Made by a program: the position numbers and the translations under genes. The notes beneath the pieces were generated by a model. That model made no database searches. It had not been told where the DNA came from and was given only the letters and a program-made list of their open reading frames with translations. 64,000 bases of DNA from an uncultured virus (IMG/VR IMGVR_UViG_3300037245_004243) (taxonomy: Duplodnaviria > Heunggongvirae > Uroviricota > Caudoviricetes). Position 1 is the first letter of the stretch, and every line of letters starts with the position of its first letter. Shown in pieces: positions 61,272 to 64,000 of the stretch. The DNA is taken from the IMG/VR virus record IMGVR_UViG_3300037245_004243, positions 1 to 64,000 of that record. One strand, given 5' to 3'.

Positions 61272-61534
61272 AAAGACGATCATTTCTAAAATTTCTCGGT
61301 ATAGTTGCCACTGCTCCCCTGAGTTTAATTCCAACCGCCGCAAAAGAGGCCAGTCGGTTAGGGTTAGATCGGTTAGATCGGTTAATCTATATGCCTGATA
61401 TTAATGGATATGTTTATTGTCCCTATATTCCTTTGACGGTTACTAAAACATACAGGATGGGAAAAACATACAGCATGGGAAGCACCTGGACTGAAGAATT
61501 GGATAAAGATTTACCCAAAATATTTGGAGTTTAA
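61262..61534 (+). CDS. Tat-signal miniprotein with gp23-like motifs
   Basis: KRRSFLK signal; GYVYCPYIPL and WTEEL.KDL motifs; GGAGG RBS. Confidence 0.65.
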   Translation: MLLKRRSFLKFLGIVATAPLSLIPTAAKEASRLGLDRLDRLIYMPDINGYVYCPYIPLTVTKTYRMGKTYSMGSTWTEELDKDLPKIFGV

Positions 61535-61741
61535 ATTGGAAAAATTTATTAGAGAAAACGGGCTGCAGAAACGGAATGGATTAGACGAGTGGTATAGCCG
61601 CGACGGGAAGACCCGGCTTGTTAAATTGGGCGCCCGGTATCGCCTGGATGTCAAAATCAAAAATTGGTCCGCATTTCATTCCGATTATATTATCGGTCAC
61701 CGGGAGCGTGAATTCAAAAGCGTTGTCGGTCGACAACGCTA

Positions 61742-63139
61742 TTAGAATTTTATTTCGGTCCAGGGCTTGATCGTTGTTTTTTCTCTGATGTTTGCGCCAC
61801 CTGTTCGAACGATTTCTTTAAAGAATGCCCGTGTCCATTCGCCAAGCTGACCAACCCGGCCAGCAACCCATTTTCTAAATGCTTCGGCAAATGCCTCAGC
61901 CGGATTTGTATTTCCGTAATCGGTAATAAATTCTAATGTGACACGTTCACCAGAATGTTGCTTTTGCATCCAACCCGTGTATATCGCTAATTTTTTCATA
62001 AACCCGCGCTCGCTATCTTGATTATAATCGTATGAAGCATATTTATCTTGCACACTCCAGATAGGGGTCCGGTCGGCTAAATTTATGAAAACGGTTTTTA
62101 GTGTCGGGTCATCAATATTCGCCCTGGCATCAGCAAGAATGTCTTTCCGCTTCTTGAAATGGCCATATTTAGTATCGAAATATCGATCACAAAATTTCTG
62201 GATCATCTCGTCATTCATATCGATCATGCCGCTATTGATTTTATCTTCCCATGCTTTTTGTGCGCGATTGGGTACCCGCCTGAACCAATATCGATGGCCG
62301 ATTTCATGGACGAGCGTACTGTCATTTAAATTATCGCTCATGCCCAACGGAAAAATATAAAGGGTGTCATCTTCTTTGCGATATGCGCCACCGATCATCC
62401 CGCCGCTTATTCCAGAAACCGTGCTTGGTTTGAAATTGATTTCAACGGTAAAATCTGTTAACGCACTTTTAAGACCGGCCTTTTTTATCGCTCTGACGGC
62501 AACCGGCAAAGATTTTAAAAACTTTTTTATCCATTTTGTGGCGTAATCCGCATGATTAACGTTTTTTACTAAAACATTAACGCCGTGAACATTGACCTGA
62601 TGATCCGGAATGATTTCGCTTATTTTATCCGCTTCATAAACGATTAGCTCATCAATGGCATCGAATGCCGCCTTAAATGCCCTGGTGTATCGGGCAATGT
62701 TTGTTTTTCTTGGATCTGATCCTATGTTGGTGTCTAAAGCCCACGGCGCCCAAAGGTGCTTATCGGTTTTATAATCATAATCCATAGGGAAAAGTGACAT
62801 AATCGAAGTATGTGCCGCCCAACCCTTTTCTCGGACCTTGACCTGATAAATGTTTTCGCCACCTTTTCGGTCGTCGTCATAAGGAAGGTGACTTCGGTCT
62901 AATAATTCATTAAAAACCCACCGCTCCCAATTTGTATTGAATAATTGCCAGGCATTCTTTACCTTCATGAACACCTTCAACGCCCTGTCTGAATCATCAG
63001 TTTTCAGGGACCGATAAAGCTTTGTCATTCGACGCAGATCTTTTTTCCACTGTGTCGCCTTTTTTCTAAAATCGGCAACACGTTTTTCGTAACCCGCGCC
63101 TTCAACTATTTCGGTCCAGGACTTAATCATCGGTATCAT
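61742..63139 (-). CDS. Zincin-like metallopeptidase, probably head-internal
   Basis: LVHEIGH and Y...N..EAFAEAF motifs; N-terminal MIKSWTEIVE leader. Confidence 0.7.
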   Translation of the reverse strand: MIPMIKSWTEIVEGAGYEKRVADFRKKATQWKKDLRRMTKLYRSLKTDDSDRALKVFMKVKNAWQLFNTNWERWVFNELLDRSHLPYDDDRKGGENIYQVKVREKGWAAHTSIMSLFPMDYDYKTDKHLWAPWALDTNIGSDPRKTNIARYTRAFKAAFDAIDELIVYEADKISEIIPDHQVNVHGVNVLVKNVNHADYATKWIKKFLKSLPVAVRAIKKAGLKSALTDFTVEINFKPSTVSGISGGMIGGAYRKEDDTLYIFPLGMSDNLNDSTLVHEIGHRYWFRRVPNRAQKAWEDKINSGMIDMNDEMIQKFCDRYFDTKYGHFKKRKDILADARANIDDPTLKTVFINLADRTPIWSVQDKYASYDYNQDSERGFMKKLAIYTGWMQKQHSGERVTLEFITDYGNTNPAEAFAEAFRKWVAGRVGQLGEWTRAFFKEIVRTGGANIREKTTIKPWTEIKF

Positions 63140-63437
63140 CGTCCTTTGCGTCCTTTGTGACCGCCCCTATATTGGGAACAGAAATGTAATCGGACATTAT
63201 CCGGGGTCCGAATATTTCAATTTTCTTCTTTATCATTCGATATCTTGATTGATCTTCCATACCTTGCCAGTCCCAACTTTCATCATTCCAGCAAAAATCT
63301 TTTGTAAACTTGGTTTTCTGTGAAATATCACGCATTTGCCGGGTTTTGCACTTTGGGCATTTTAATTGAGCCTCTGCCGGTCTTAACAGAGGCTCGAATT
63401 TAGTTTTACATTTCGGACAACCAAATTTATAAGACAC
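63123..63437 (-). CDS. FmdB-like zinc-ribbon protein
   Basis: Y.F.CPKC...FE......CPKC. Confidence 0.6.
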   Translation of the reverse strand: MSYKFGCPKCKTKFEPLLRPAEAQLKCPKCKTRQMRDISQKTKFTKDFCWNDESWDWQGMEDQSRYRMIKKKIEIFGPRIMSDYISVPNIGAVTKDAKDDDTDD

Positions 63438-63453
63438 CCGGCAAACTTTCTGA

Positions 63454-64000
63454 TTAGATGAGGTTCCATTCTTTTTTCAGTTCAAGACGCATGCTTTTCA
63501 GACTTTTTCGACGATCCAATTTAACGCCAAGCTCCTCGGCATAAGCATCAAGTTTTTTCTTGCTTGTAAAACTTTCGATGGCTTTAAGCAGGTCGATCTT
63601 GACTTCTTCAGGGATGGCAGTGGCTTCATCGTCATTGTCGATCTTGACTTCTTCAGGGATGGCAGTGGCTTCATCGTCAATATCTGCCAATTTGGCGTCC
63701 AGCTCGGCAGGGACCGATGAAAATTCGATGTCACCATCGGGATCAAATTCATCATTTTCGGCCTTCGCCATTTCAATAACTTCATCAACGATATCGTCAT
63801 CAACCATCTTGACACCGGGGTCAGGTTCATATCTCGCTGCTGTGGCCTCATATTCAATAGCATGTTCTTTAGCCGGTTCGATGTCAGCGTCAGCGTCTAA
63901 CTCTTCAGCTTCGGGCAATGGCGCCGCCTCCTCGCGAATAATCTTGAAGGTCGACGGGTATTTATCCGCGATCTCCTTGTCAAGCCAAACTGGGACATTC
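63454..64000 (-). CDS. Acidic protein with Inh-like C-terminal motif; 5' end lies beyond the window
   Basis: KKKLDAYAEELGVKLDRRKS resembles the T4 Inh segment; the frame is open to the window end. Confidence 0.55.
   Translation of the reverse strand, partial: NVPVWLDKEIADKYPSTFKIIREEAAPLPEAEELDADADIEPAKEHAIEYEATAARYEPDPGVKMVDDDIVDEVIEMAKAENDEFDPDGDIEFSSVPAELDAKLADIDDEATAIPEEVKIDNDDEATAIPEEVKIDLLKAIESFTSKKKLDAYAEELGVKLDRRKSLKSMRLELKKEWNLI
63592..63679. repeat. 43-bp repeat x2, period 45 (DDEATAIPEEVKID)
   Basis: Exact in-frame duplication. Confidence 0.93.

Noticed and set aside
61353-61384. GGTTAGATC short tandem repeat
   Set aside because: Short in-frame slippage repeat (RLDRLD) with no independent signal.
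1-64000. Stop-codon reassignment, introns or inteins
   Set aside because: Core genes are uninterrupted and of expected length in the standard code, with no intein or homing endonuclease motifs seen.

Overview
A 64-kb segment of a large T4-like (contractile-tail) phage genome. The host is inferred to be anaerobic and possibly a Desulfobacterota member. The + strand carries dispersed T4-type replication and transcription genes: gp43 polymerase, gp45 clamp, gp44/62 loader, RegA, gp30 ligase, gp33, gp59, gp32 and a Dda-like helicase. It also carries a B12-dependent ribonucleotide reductase, an NDT/thymidylate kinase/DUF5664 nucleotide cluster, a CCA-adding enzyme, an Rnl2-family RNA ligase, four tRNAs, and many small ORFs behind a repeated early-promoter cassette. 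The - strand (38.8-55 kb and 61.7-64 kb) carries morphogenesis genes: gp17, gp18, gp19, gp54, gp26/gp51, a tape-measure-like gene, gp15, a 2215-aa modular fibre, gp16 and head-internal proteins. Signals not shown in the ORF track include a 143-nt tRNA/tmRNA-like RNA with a GGA-rich loop and several other structured ncRNA candidates. There is also a stand-alone 57-aa EF-Ts N-terminal domain, a -1 slippery site joining gp26 and gp51, and a probable GTAAATA late promoter. Two Tat-signal miniproteins carry major-capsid-protein motifs. All homology calls come from motif recognition by eye; no searches were run.
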